From the NCBI GenBank assembly GCA_973895155.1, contig OZ316893.1, forward strand, positions 7,402,963 to 7,466,962: a DNA stretch of 64,000 nucleotides. Direction: 5' to 3'. This document shows positions 1 through 11,530 of this stretch, piece by piece. The notes beneath the pieces are model-generated. The model saw nothing but the letters and a program-made list of their open reading frames with translations. It was not told where the DNA came from and did not search any database. Each line of letters opens with the position of its first letter. Position 1 is the stretch's first letter. This DNA comes from Marsupella aquatica. Lineage: Eukaryota; Plantae; Marchantiophyta. Position numbers and translations under genes: made by a program.

Positions 1-1374
1 GATGAAATGTTGGTAGCAAAGTGGTGTTAATATTAGGGAAAGAGTGCATGTAGAAAGGATTCATTTATCAAAAGAAAAAGCATTAGTAGAATGGGAGGGA
101 GGCGAGGTGGAAGTTGAATGCAGGAATGAACTAAGAATACAGTGGACACAAAAAATTTGCAGTCCAAAACTATTGTGTTAAGAAAATAGAAGAGTTGGAT
201 TCTCGTGCATTGCATATTGCACCAAGACAAGTAAAAAAAGAATACAATTGACACAAAGTAATAAGCTAAAAATAGTGCTACCAAATAGACTTTGTGTTAG
301 TTGTTGAAGCAAGAAATCTGAAAAAATTGAGTTGTGAGTGGGAAGGAGAGGTAGAAGTGGTGCGGCGATGGAGGTTTCTGCTCTCGTCCCCATCCCCCAC
401 CCAAAAATAGCTTTCTTTAACGCTATACCTTGCAAGATTGTGCACTGGGCAAAAACAAATCTGGAAAAAAACAGTATTAACGTGCAAAAAGAAAATTATC
501 ACTTTGTCTCAACAAGATGAAATGAAGAGGAGAAAACTCCATTTTTGAAGAACTTGCAACACCATTCTTAGTGAGAGCACCCAATTTCTCATTTCTTATA
601 ATTAAAAAAAAAACAGAAAGAAAAACACATGGGATCATCCCTGACTGTATGCTCCCCGCCCATTTTCAGGAATGCAAATAATTATTAAAAATTACACAAA
701 GGCTCCTATATAACCTCCAAAGTTCATTCTTAAATAATATATTATCAAAAATAATTTTAATAATCACACGAGACAGAATTCATCCTATCAAGCATATAGC
801 ATGGTTTAAGTCTAAAATTTACAGTAGTTCTTGTTGTTGATAATATCATAGCAAAACTCCTTAGTTATAGGAACGTTATTTGAACATATGACACAAAGGG
901 CCTAGTTTGTAATAATGTTTTTTATAAAGGCCTATCACGTAAATTTATTTTGGCAGGTCCCATCAAGCATCTGCCTTCCAAATCTTATGGTCCATCCTTC
1001 TTAAAGTACATGCACCCCCCCCCCCCCCCTCCTCTATGTTGTGAGTTTCGAGATCTAAGATGGTCCTCAAAAAAATGATGTTTAAATGAGATGATTTTCC
1101 AAAAAGAAAATTGGAGATGAGACACACTTTCCAATGTGCTCCCTCCCATGCGGAGCCTTTCTATCCAGCTTACATAATTATGGAGTGCAGACTATTGCCT
1201 CTTGAACTAAAATTAAAAGTCATGATTGTAGTGAGGGTTCACTCATTTGCATTTGGTTTTGCCCACTTGGGACCTCTTTTGTTTATTCTTCTGTTTGGCT
1301 CTTTTCTGTAAAAAATTTGTGCCTTTTCAACTCATTGCACTTTCATTTGTTTATTAGTCACTCTTTATTGAAAT

Positions 1375-1560
1375 TGTTGTGACCCATAGGTTAGGTCAAT
1401 ACCCATCCAACCCTAGTTAGGGGATTAAGGTACTAGTTAGTATAATTATCACTACATGTATATCTAGGGAGTTATTAGTAAACCCACATGAATGAATGAA
1501 TCTCTATTGTTGGTGGACTTAATATTTTTCTCTCCTAAGAATTATCTCCAACTCTCCATA
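1375..1560 (+). repeat. 5' LTR (186 bp)
   Basis: Near-identical to 4308-4489. The same short peptide MNESLLLVDL.FFSPKNYL appears in both copies in the ORF track. Confidence 0.9.
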
Positions 1561-1574
1561 CGTTATCAGCACGA
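1561..1574 (+). other. Primer binding site (half-tRNA-Ile type)
   Basis: CGTTATCAGCACGA directly after the LTR. It is complementary to the anticodon arm of tRNA-Ile(IAU), UCGUGCU(I)AUAACG, rather than to a tRNA 3' CCA end. Confidence 0.7.
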
Positions 1575-4307
1575 ATTGACTCAGATTGAAACGAGGATTG
1601 ATATTGAATTAGGACTTGAAACATGGAATAGGAAGATGTTGGCTCAGGAAGTAAGTGGAAGCAATTTGGTTTTTTTTTCAAAAGCAATCCACAAATTGAC
1701 TAAGGGGTGATAAAGACCAAGCAGATGTGATCATCTGGAATTATAGGGATTGCAGGTGATTCATTTGGAGCTACAACAAATGCAAATCCCAAATGACTCC
1801 GTCACTAGAAGCGCGCTAAGCCTTACAGCAGTTTGAGAGCAAAAGAAGGAAGAACGATAAAGACTAGTCAGAGACGATTTCAATGGCAGGGAATCAAAAT
1901 CAAAAGCAGCCATTGAAATCTACAAAAACAAGAGAAGCAAAAGCATAGCAGTCAAGACACAACAATGTTTTTGGAGAAAGAAAAACAAGAGAAAATTAAC
2001 AAGATCAAATGGGAAGTGCTCTTTCTTATCTTTGCCCATGACAATCTCGTCCCCAAATTCGAGTGATGATTTGCCTCAGCCCTAATAAACTCATTATTAT
2101 ACCACATCTGTAAGGCAAACTAGATTTCAGTAATGGACTGACTGGCAGGAGCCAGCAAACCGATGAGATCCAATTCCATTTGTGGATTGCCTTGCTGACG
2201 ATCTATTTGAGTTCATCTCGTAGAACACCATCATTCAATTCCAAAAGCAGGCTAAATTCAATGGGACATGTGAGAATCATAGGACCCGCAGCATCAAGAG
2301 AGTGGAATTTCAGACAGTGAGGCTTACCGACTAGAGTATTGTCTAACCTTACCACAACACTATCATAAATTTGACAACAGAAAGGTGATACAATTTGATA
2401 GAATAACAATTCAAAGACAAGAAGCAATAGTGCATAGACGAAACAATAGAAAGGAACAAAACTCTGGAGTAAATTATAGCAAGACAGATTCAAAGAGAGA
2501 CGACAGGAGAGATGGAGGCTCAGTGAAACGACGACGACAAGCTCCACATCCAGGCCGAGGGGGAACGAGAGACAGTTACGCAAAAACAACAACATTGCTG
2601 TCAGTTCCCTCAAGAAAATCACAAAGGAAAGCCATTTCCCATCACTGCAACACACAACAAAGAGTTTTGCCACTACAAAAAGAAAATTGCAATTACATAA
2701 TTAAGCCCTTAATTGGGTCATCAAAATGAATTAATGGGTGGTAATTAACCACTAATCAAATGAGAAAACAAAAATCTACCCCACTACCCTATAAATGTAA
2801 CATCTTGTCAATTTGAGCTTGGAAACTTTATTTCACAGTTAGATCAATGAGTTGAAATAGCAAAGGTGTAAACAAAAATGGCCTGAAATGAACAAGAGCA
2901 TTTTAATTTTTTCCCTCAATGATGAGAAACAATGAATGTTAACACAAAATTAGTTGGTTTCCACATCAACCATACATCAAAAAGTAAAATGTGGACCAAT
3001 ACATGATTGAAGTATAAGTTGCTTGAATGGTATAAATTACATACTTATTAAAAAAAGAAAATGTTTGGAACAAAATATGAAAGATGTATTTAAGAGGGAA
3101 CAAACATGACATGGAAGGATCATCTGTTTGCTTGGCTTGCATAAGTTATTACAATGAAAAATCCCTAGACCTCAATTTGAGGGGGAGAAAATAATGTATT
3201 GCCCCATTGATATAGACCTTAAGGCATTCAAATACAAACTGGCAATATTAATTACTAATACATTCAAGGTATAGGTAGGGGTTCACCCCCTATATCTAGT
3301 GGGGATAGTTGTTAAGCTTATCATGGAGGATAGAGGGGCCAACCTCATATAAGTTCTATATATATAAGGTATTTAGACATGACTTAAAATTTGGAATTCC
3401 AAGAATGGGTGAAGAATGCGCATACAAATGAGAATTTGAGATTTGAGGGGGAGAGAAGTACACCCTCCTCATATGCATCCATTGGATTATTTAAGCTTCA
3501 GAATTTTGCAAATGATATGAAATGAGGAAGTGCCAATAGCACATGCTATGAAATGAAGTGCACAATTTCTCTGAGCACATGAAATACCTATGATGGCCAA
3601 TCATGAAAGATACTTTATAAAAACGAATAAGATAAGTGGAAAGAAGATAAATTTTCCTTAAAATTTGAAAAGCCATTAATGGAAGTGTGTGAAAATTCCT
3701 TATACCACCATGGCTTTACCACTACTACTTATGAATATGACATGTATATATGTTTGCCAACAATTTATATCACATGATTGGGAAAATGATTTCCACATAT
3801 ATGGATCCAAAAGGAAACAGAAGGCAATGGAATACCACCAAAAATGATGGAAGACCAACGTATGCAAGTAGGTTGCAGAAAATGCACATCTGATTATAAA
3901 CACCATGAAGGAAAACTTGAGATCTAATGAAGAACACAAATGAAGACTCCCATGTGAAGGAAGAATGTGGGACCAATCAGAAATGAAAACCCAAGATTCA
4001 AGTCTCTTCATGCTTCAAGCCTCAAACTTCCCCCAGATTAAGAGTTCATATGTGACTTACTCCCAATAGGGGACCAATATATTTAAGACCAAATTTTAGA
4101 TCTATATTAATTTCCACCCCCCTTGAGACATATCCAAAATGACTATGAACTTAACATTGGTGGTGGCACTCTTTCCCTTAGAAGAAAACATGAGGGTTTT
4201 AATGAGACCACACCATGGATACCATGTACTACATTGAATTATCATTTACAGTTAGATGTTAACCCTAGTGTGGTTGCATTATCTATGATAAAACAACCAA
4301 GGGGGAG

Positions 4308-4489
4308 TGTTGTGACCCATAGGTTACTAGATCAACATCCAACCCTAGTTAGGGGATTAAGGTAGTTACTATAACTACCACTACATGTATACCTAGGGAG
4401 GTATTAGTAAACCCACATGAATGAATGAATCTCTATTGTTGGTGGACTTAACATTTTTCTCTCCTAAGAATTATCTCCACCTCTCAATA
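4308..4489 (+). repeat. 3' LTR (182 bp)
   Basis: Preceded by the PPT, followed by TSD GAAAT. Confidence 0.9.
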
Positions 4490-6419
4490 GAAATCATATG
4501 TTTGACCCTATTTTCTACTTTTCAACTAGTAAAGCTTGAGTTTTCAAACTTTCACTCTAAGCTAGTCCATTGTTTTTTCCCTCTTTGGACCTTCACTCTA
4601 AGAAAATTTACTAACAATATGATTCGCTCTCTTTGGGAATTCTAGGATAATTGCAGGAAGCCGGCACTAGTATAACTGAATGTACCTATAAACATTTCAT
4701 GGTACATATATATAGTACACCTGTCATGGTACCATTTAACTTTTTGATACTACTGGGATACTATGGGTTAAGGCTAGTAAGTAGCAACTTGCCACGTGAC
4801 AACAGGAACCTGAATACAAATAATACTAACTGACTCAAATATGAAATGGGGTGTAGGTTGATATTAATTTTGTTTTGGGGGCACTTTAGTAATATTGGGT
4901 AATTTGGAGGATAAGTTATTAAAATACTAAAAAACTGATTGACAATAATATCAACCAAAACGACAACATTGCTAGCTGCACCAATTCAACAACCATGTAC
5001 CAATCCACCACCACATCATAACTATGCAGATGACATTGCTAGAACATTTTGGCACCACTTTGGCACCATTCACACAATCACGTATTCTCTTTTATAGAAG
5101 CTTCAATTTTTATTTTGACAACCCAACTGAACTACAATTGACTTTCACAGTCACAAGACAACCGCATTGACAAGCTGACCACAATCTTACTAGAAATCTA
5201 AAATAGGTGCTTTTAGCCACACAGATCTCTTCAATATGCCTCCATGACACTTCTTTTTCTGAAAGATTTCCACTATGCCATCACTTGCACAACTCGCCCC
5301 GACTACCGGTTCTTTGAACTCAAGGTGAATAGCAAAGAGGACAATAAAAGTGTCATCAAAGGATTTTTTCTATTCACATTCTTTGAATGTTAATGAAATG
5401 ATAAAAACTTATCATGCTTGTCATCATTTCAATAATTTTACATAAATTAAGTACCATTCTCCTCTCTATACACATTCATCTTTCTGTGCACATATGTTAT
5501 GGTGGGGCATAGAGTACATTTTTGAATGTAAATAGAGATCATATATAACAAAAAGCAAGCATGGTAATTATCATTTGACATACATCATAGTCATAAGTTT
5601 TTCTATTCACATGGTGGGCCATGGCATTACCGTCTAGAAGCTTCACTCCGGAAGCCTAGCCCCCAACTCTAGCTTGTAGTTGACTCTTTATAAGTAAGAT
5701 TATATCTTTAATTCAACTTCTTTTCACATTTACATCATTTGCGCAATAATATCTTAATATCTTTGTCACAAGTACATCTTTTATATAAATATATCTTTAA
5801 AGATACAACATCTATAATTATATCAATTATTTAATCTTACTAGTACCATAATATCTTATCAGGCCAAAAGTGTTTGGTGGTCCCGGTGCAGAGAATCGCT
5901 CTTAAAGGGAATATTATATGACCAAATGTTGGATTTGTAAGCTTTCATTGTTATCCTAGCTTAGTCAAAAAATAATATTTCTAACCCATAGCAAACAAGA
6001 CAAAGTATTTTGGTATGCAGCACAAGATTCTCTAAGATGGACATGATTGCATAAGCTATATGTGAGTTGCCATGTGTTGTCATTGGAATGATGGGAATTA
6101 ATAATACACCCATGGGTGAATAGATGAATAGTAAGTACCCTCCCAGAAGTGCAAGATAGGGGATGAGACAAACAGAGCAAAGTAAGGTGAAAATAAGGAA
6201 CATAATAATAAGGCAATAAGAGTGAAAAAGGAGAAAAGGGACATGAACCGTTGCCTTTCATTGGGGTTGTTTCTTAGGGGGGGGGGGGGGGGTTGTGCAA
6301 GAAGAGAAAGGGGGAGAGGAGGCATGAGGAGGGGGGGGATGTCACCCTCCACCTAGGGTTGTACGTATGAATGTGTTGCTTATTTTGCCATCACCTATCT
6401 CCCTTACTTATGACTTTTG

Positions 6420-6795
6420 CAACAATATATCTTTGACATATTTTCTCACCATGACATAATTTTTCTCCTCCACATCTTTTTCTAATCTCAACATCTTTCT
6501 TTTGCACTCCTGAACATCATTTTCTTTCCTCCACATTTTTTCTCATCTTGACATTTTTTCTTTTTCTCAGCTTGCCATCTTTTTATCACCTTGACATATT
6601 TGATTTCATCTTGTTATCTTTTTCTTACCTTGATATCTTTATCTCATCACAACATTTTTTCTCTCATTGACATTTTTTTCTCATCTTAACATCTTTATTC
6701 ACTTTGACTTCTTTCTCTCATCTTGACATGTTTTTCATTTCAAGATTTGTTTTTCACCTTGACATCTTTTGTGCAAGGCTGAGGCACGGGGCTAG
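6420..6795 (+). mobile_element. 3' end of a Helitron-like element with subterminal ~20-bp minisatellite
   Basis: Degenerate array of TTTTTCTCACCTTGACATC units, ending in GTGC..GCACGGG-CTAG-T (6791-6795), a hairpin + CTAG|T Helitron-type terminus. Confidence 0.45.
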
Positions 6796-7847
6796 TACAA
6801 AATAATATCTTAAGTAATATTCTCAAAGGTGAATGCTTCAGGTCTTCTTCCAGTCTTTCCCTTCACTTCAACCAGCCTTATTGGGTTGTTTTACCTTGGG
6901 GACCATGTCTCCTAGTTTGGTGTTCCTGTCGTTTTGGCATTGTGATATATAATGCTTCAAGGTCACAGCACGTGTTTGTTCAACTATGGTACCGGTCCCA
7001 CAGGTGCTCCACTTTCTAATGTTGACTTGGCCATATATAGGTCCTCAGTCCTCATTCCTGACCAACCTCATTTCTGCCCATGTTGGACTGTTGGTGCTCT
7101 TCTTCGTACCGGCCGGCCCCACAGGTGATGCAATTCCAGATCTGGCCTTTGCCTTCGGTCCTCAGGTTCTCGTCGTCATTATTGGAGGCTGCCATTTTAA
7201 ATTGGTTTTAAAAGCATTTTTTAAGCACATTTCAAAGATCCTCTGATTCAGTCTCTGTTTCTAGCTATTTGACTATGGTTTGATATATCCCAGAGGTACG
7301 AATTGGTCCATTGAATTGTTCTGTTGCACCTGGTAGTCCTTTCACTGAATGCTTGGTTTGGTTGTCTCTGATTATTTTAATGCTTGCACCGAAATTGTCA
7401 AACTCTATTCGACATTCTACAGCCCACTGTGTTTCACAGCCGGTATGTGCAAGTCAGAGCTTCTTACATGGTCTTGAACTTCATATATATAGAGACGTAC
7501 ATTGCAACTAAGAAACATCTCACTCAGCTGCCTGCAATACAATTATTGTCGTTGAGTCCATGTCTGTATTATTCAATTCTAGAAGGTATCCTGTCTAGGC
7601 ACACGACAGACAACCTTTGCCTCCGTGCATGAATTGCAACCACGTCTTCATTGGTATATGCGAACAAATGCTTCATCTGAATGTGGTCCAGTAGTGAATG
7701 AACACTTGATTCCGTTGCAGGCCAGGGGCGGGAGACCGAGATTTAGAGAAGGGTAGGCCGAGAGATTGTTGATTAAGGACTCCGAGATTGATTCAAGAGG
7801 TACACATTGAGCTCCCTGGGCCGTGCAATTTCATTCGGGCTGAAGAA

Positions 7848-8792
7848 ATGTCGACACTCAATATGCATCAGCATCGCAGTCCTCTCTTCTTTTGCCTCCT
7901 CGTTTCGTTTTTGGCTTTTCATCTCCTCCATCCCGCCTCCTCTTCAAATGTGACTGTTACGACCAGTCCGCATGGCACTCTCTCGATTAGCTCATCCGGC
8001 AACATAAGCATTGTGACAATCTCGAACCCTCCCATAAATCTCTACGACGCCAACGTAGCTGCCGATATGGCTGCCTACATCAGCTCCCTACAGCCCGCCA
8101 ACCGCACCACGCCAGCACCCAAGGTGGTGATCTTTCGCAGCGATAACCCGGACTTCTTCATCGCGCACATAGACCTCAGGGCGTTTCTCCTCCCCATCAC
8201 AGCCGAGAAGACGGCGCTCTTGGGCCAGTACGTGGGCGTGGCGCAGCTGCTGCGGAGCTTGACTACGACGGTGTTCATCGCAGAAGTCGATGGGGAAGCT
8301 TTCGGCGCCGGCAATGAGCTGATTGTGCAGATGGACATGCGATTTGCGGGCCCGAAAGCGCGCGTGGGATCGCCAGAAACGTCACTGGGCTTAACGCATG
8401 GCGGAGGCGGCATGCAGTTCCTCGGTCGGCTGATCAACAAGGGGCTCGCTTCGCAGTATCTGCTATCGGGGGACAGCGCAGATTGTAAGACTTTGAAGAG
8501 TCTCGGCTGGTTCAACGATTGTTTCAAGAGCAAGAAGCAGATGGAAGATACGGTTCTGGCCCTGGCGGAGAGGATTGCTTTGAGGCCGATCCAAGCTCTA
8601 AATGCGACCAAGGTCGGGTTGCAGTCATTGAATCCCTCCGATATTCAGCTTCAGCAGGACAACACGGAGTTCCAGGCCTTGGTTGCCACTGCAGAAGCGC
8701 AAGAGCTCATCACGAAATTTGTTGCGTTGGGCAACCAAACGAGGACCCCCTTCGAGTTGGGGTTGCCTTCTACGCTTGCAGAATTGTATTAA
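7848..8792 (+). CDS. Enoyl-CoA hydratase/isomerase (crotonase) family protein with N-terminal signal peptide; intronless
   Basis: ORF 7788-8792, first ATG at 7848 (alternative 7863). Motifs NPPINL, KVVIFRSDNPDFFIAHID, AEVDGEAFGAGNE and DMRFA..ARVGSPE..LG..GGGG. Hydrophobic LFFCLLVSFLAFHLL followed by ASS. Confidence 0.88.
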   Translation: MSTLNMHQHRSPLFFCLLVSFLAFHLLHPASSSNVTVTTSPHGTLSISSSGNISIVTISNPPINLYDANVAADMAAYISSLQPANRTTPAPKVVIFRSDNPDFFIAHIDLRAFLLPITAEKTALLGQYVGVAQLLRSLTTTVFIAEVDGEAFGAGNELIVQMDMRFAGPKARVGSPETSLGLTHGGGGMQFLGRLINKGLASQYLLSGDSADCKTLKSLGWFNDCFKSKKQMEDTVLALAERIALRPIQALNATKVGLQSLNPSDIQLQQDNTEFQALVATAEAQELITKFVALGNQTRTPFELGLPSTLAELY

Positions 8793-10462
8793 TGACTATC
8801 TCGATCCATCAATGAGGAGTAGCCTGAATTGATACACTGAGTAACTCCGTCATTTGGTACATAGATATTCTAGGGTAGGTTTCCATTCATGTCTAATTTG
8901 CAGTTCACAAATTCTAATTGAGAGCACTGTCAGCATTGGTACTCTGACTTTTAACATTGGAGCATTATTTATTTGTGGTCATGATAACACCTGTGGCTTA
9001 TCCAAGGTTGGTTAGCCTCATTTTAGCAACCTAAATTGAACTTCACTACCTCAATAATAACAGGTAGTTAAGCAGGGTAAGAGGGATATATAGCCTAATT
9101 AATTATAAGGCTATATGATACCGGCTATGTTTGAAACTGTTCACGAAGCCTGATGGATAGGGTGTTTAGGATACCAATTGCTACAAAATAAAATTTCTAT
9201 TGCTTCTGTTGTTCACAACAGAATGTGGAGGCAATATGCATTTCAATAAAGCTACAACATAGATTGCGATCACGGGCATTGGATTTCAGTGGGATTAATC
9301 TCCCATATCTCATCATAGTTTTCATGACAGAGACGATAGATTTCTTGTGTTTCAGAGACAGTAAACTCACAGAGATGGAGATCGTGGATTTCAATTTCAT
9401 TAATTGTTACATTTCACGGTGTTGGAGCAGAAAAAGTGGTAGTTCAACGCTAAGTTTCTGATATTTCTTGTGGTTGATTCCTTTGTGCATGCTTCGTGGC
9501 CAGCGGCAGTTGTCAGATTGACTGACATGAGTTTAGAAAAAATCTCTAGTTCACTTCGATCAAATTTCGAGCCAATGCACTCCCCCATACTCCGAGGCGA
9601 CGTTGATCTGTTGAAAACAATCAACCCCGATCTATGTGTCTTTCGTAATTTTGTCCTAACTTGCTAGTTTCTTGTGCGCTGTCTCCTAGCCGATGTCGGA
9701 GGGCCTGAATACTGCAATTTGTACTCATAGATGATTGATGTTGATTAGATTGTCTTCCAGAAAGGTTGCCATACAGATCACAGTTGACGTACTTACATCG
9801 ATCTTCAGAAAAGTGGTGCCCATCATATTCAATAGTGTCTCAAGACTGTTCAGCACGTTCAGTCCTTCAATACCTGGGTGAAACTATATTTAGACCTCCC
9901 GTCGGAAGGTCATTTCCCCTAAGTCACCCAGAGCTCAAAACAGGACTAACTTAGCTTCTCTTTCCAGCACTAGAGAATGAAATACTGACTTGGTTGATAT
10001 TTTCTGGGCTAAGCAACTTCTCAAGAAGATTCTACACTGGTCATGGTTACAGTGTCTAATATCATCTCCGTTTAGTACTACTCAATCATTATGTTCGTCT
10101 CATACTTATTCAACATTCCCTGATTGTTTGATGATCAAGAGCAGAAACGTTCGTGGCAGACGCCCGGGCAGACGACTATTGTATATTAGACAATGAACAG
10201 CTTGACAATAAAGATACAATGATCTATTGCATAAAAACTTTACAGAATCGAAAACCGAGCTCGTGACAGTGTGTATTCATCAAATTCTAGTTTCTATAGA
10301 ATTGATCCCATCAGACACGAAGGTCAACATTTCTTTAATTAGCAGACTGACGACGCGCGTTTCATCGTCTGGAACTAAATCTCCATTTAGGCGAAGTTCA
10401 CATTATTTTAAAGCCTCTGTGATTGAATCACTGTCATTAGAAGGCGTTCAGATAGAGACTTG

Positions 10463-10568
10463 TACCTAGAGGCTTGTGCCAAGTTCGTACGTGAATGATC
10501 AGAAAGAAAGCAAGGGTACCTAGAGACTTGTGCCAAGTTCGTACGTGAATGATCAGAAAGACAGCAAG
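10463..10568 (+). repeat. Tandem duplication, ~54-bp unit x2
   Basis: TACCTAGAG(G/A)CTTGTGCCAAGTTCGTACGTGAATGATCAGAAAG repeated twice. Confidence 0.85.
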
Positions 10569-11414
10569 AACCTATCCTATATTCTCCAATAGTAGATTCT
10601 CGAGATGATCAACAAAACATTTAACAGACCCCTATTGCACCTATTGGACTTAATTCTATCAAGACTTAATCAGACCCTTGTGATTGCACACCGTCGGTTA
10701 GGAGGTCTTATGGAGTGGTACAAGAACAACACATTACCATGTAGTACAGTGCAGTTGGGACTAGAGTAGAGGTGATTTAGCGGAGGCTCTTGGAGAAGCA
10801 GTGTTTTAGACCAGCATAAACAACAAGCGACGGGGTCAATTTCAGACGAATGCTCATGAGTGGAAGATGATTGCCCCACCGAATTTAGCACTTTTCAAAC
10901 AAGGGACGATTGTACGACTGGCAGCTCAGATGTGCCTAGCCTCAGTTCCCACTGTGCATGGAATTCAAGAGCCAGGCAGGTCGTGATTATAGACAGCTCC
11001 TAATGAATCCAAATTGTGCACAGATAGAGTGAGGCATTGAGGTGAAATGGTTACGACGAACCTAATGTTGAACGAGTAGATGTAATTATTTATCTTTACT
11101 CAAATCTAATCAATAATTCACAAGCTAAAGCTACACTCTGGAGTCTACATATCTAGAGTCCCGTCTAGACTCTAGAGTCTAAATGTCTAGAGTCCCGTCT
11201 AGAGTGAGCTGTATTCGGATGATGACAAGTTTTGAGAAGTGTGTGGAAGGCAAGAAGAGACGAAGAATAGAAGAGTACTACACACAACACAGAGGAAGAA
11301 AAAGTCTAGCCAAGATCGAAAGGAAAGTACACACAAGAGTAGAGGGACAAAAAGTCCGGAGACCGACAAAGGAAAGATGTCTCACATGTGTCACTTATTA
11401 TTTTCTGCCACTTC

Positions 11415-11530
11415 AATGAAAAGTTATTTTAATGTCAATAAAGTGAAGAGCATGAAAAAAGTTATTTTAATGCCAATAAAGTGAAGAGCATGAAAAAAGT
11501 TATTTTAATCTCCATAAAGTAAAGAGCAGC
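11415..11530 (+). repeat. Tandem repeat, ~37-bp unit x3
   Basis: ATGAAAA(AA)GTTATTTTAATG.CAATAAAGTGAAGAGC repeated three times. Confidence 0.8.

Larger units (their letters stand above)
1375..4489 (+). mobile_element. Degenerate (non-autonomous) LTR retrotransposon, probably Ty1/copia, 3.1 kb
   Basis: Direct repeats at 1375-1560 and 4308-4489, both starting TGTTGTGACCCATAGG and ending ..CTCTC(C/A)ATA. 5-bp TSD GAAAT at 1370-1374 and 4490-4494. PBS CGTTATCAGCACGA at 1561 and polypurine tract AAGGGGGAG at 4299-4307. No intact internal ORF. Confidence 0.9.

Noticed and set aside
2385-2729. 114-aa basic ORF within the LTR element (gag-like)
   Set aside because: No intact zinc knuckle or other diagnostic motif. 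Treated as part of the decayed element.
8075-8611. 178-aa minus-strand ORF, and similar antisense ORFs at 22063-22626, 41590-42384 and 60269-60775
   Set aside because: Antisense shadows of real coding exons with no independent motifs.
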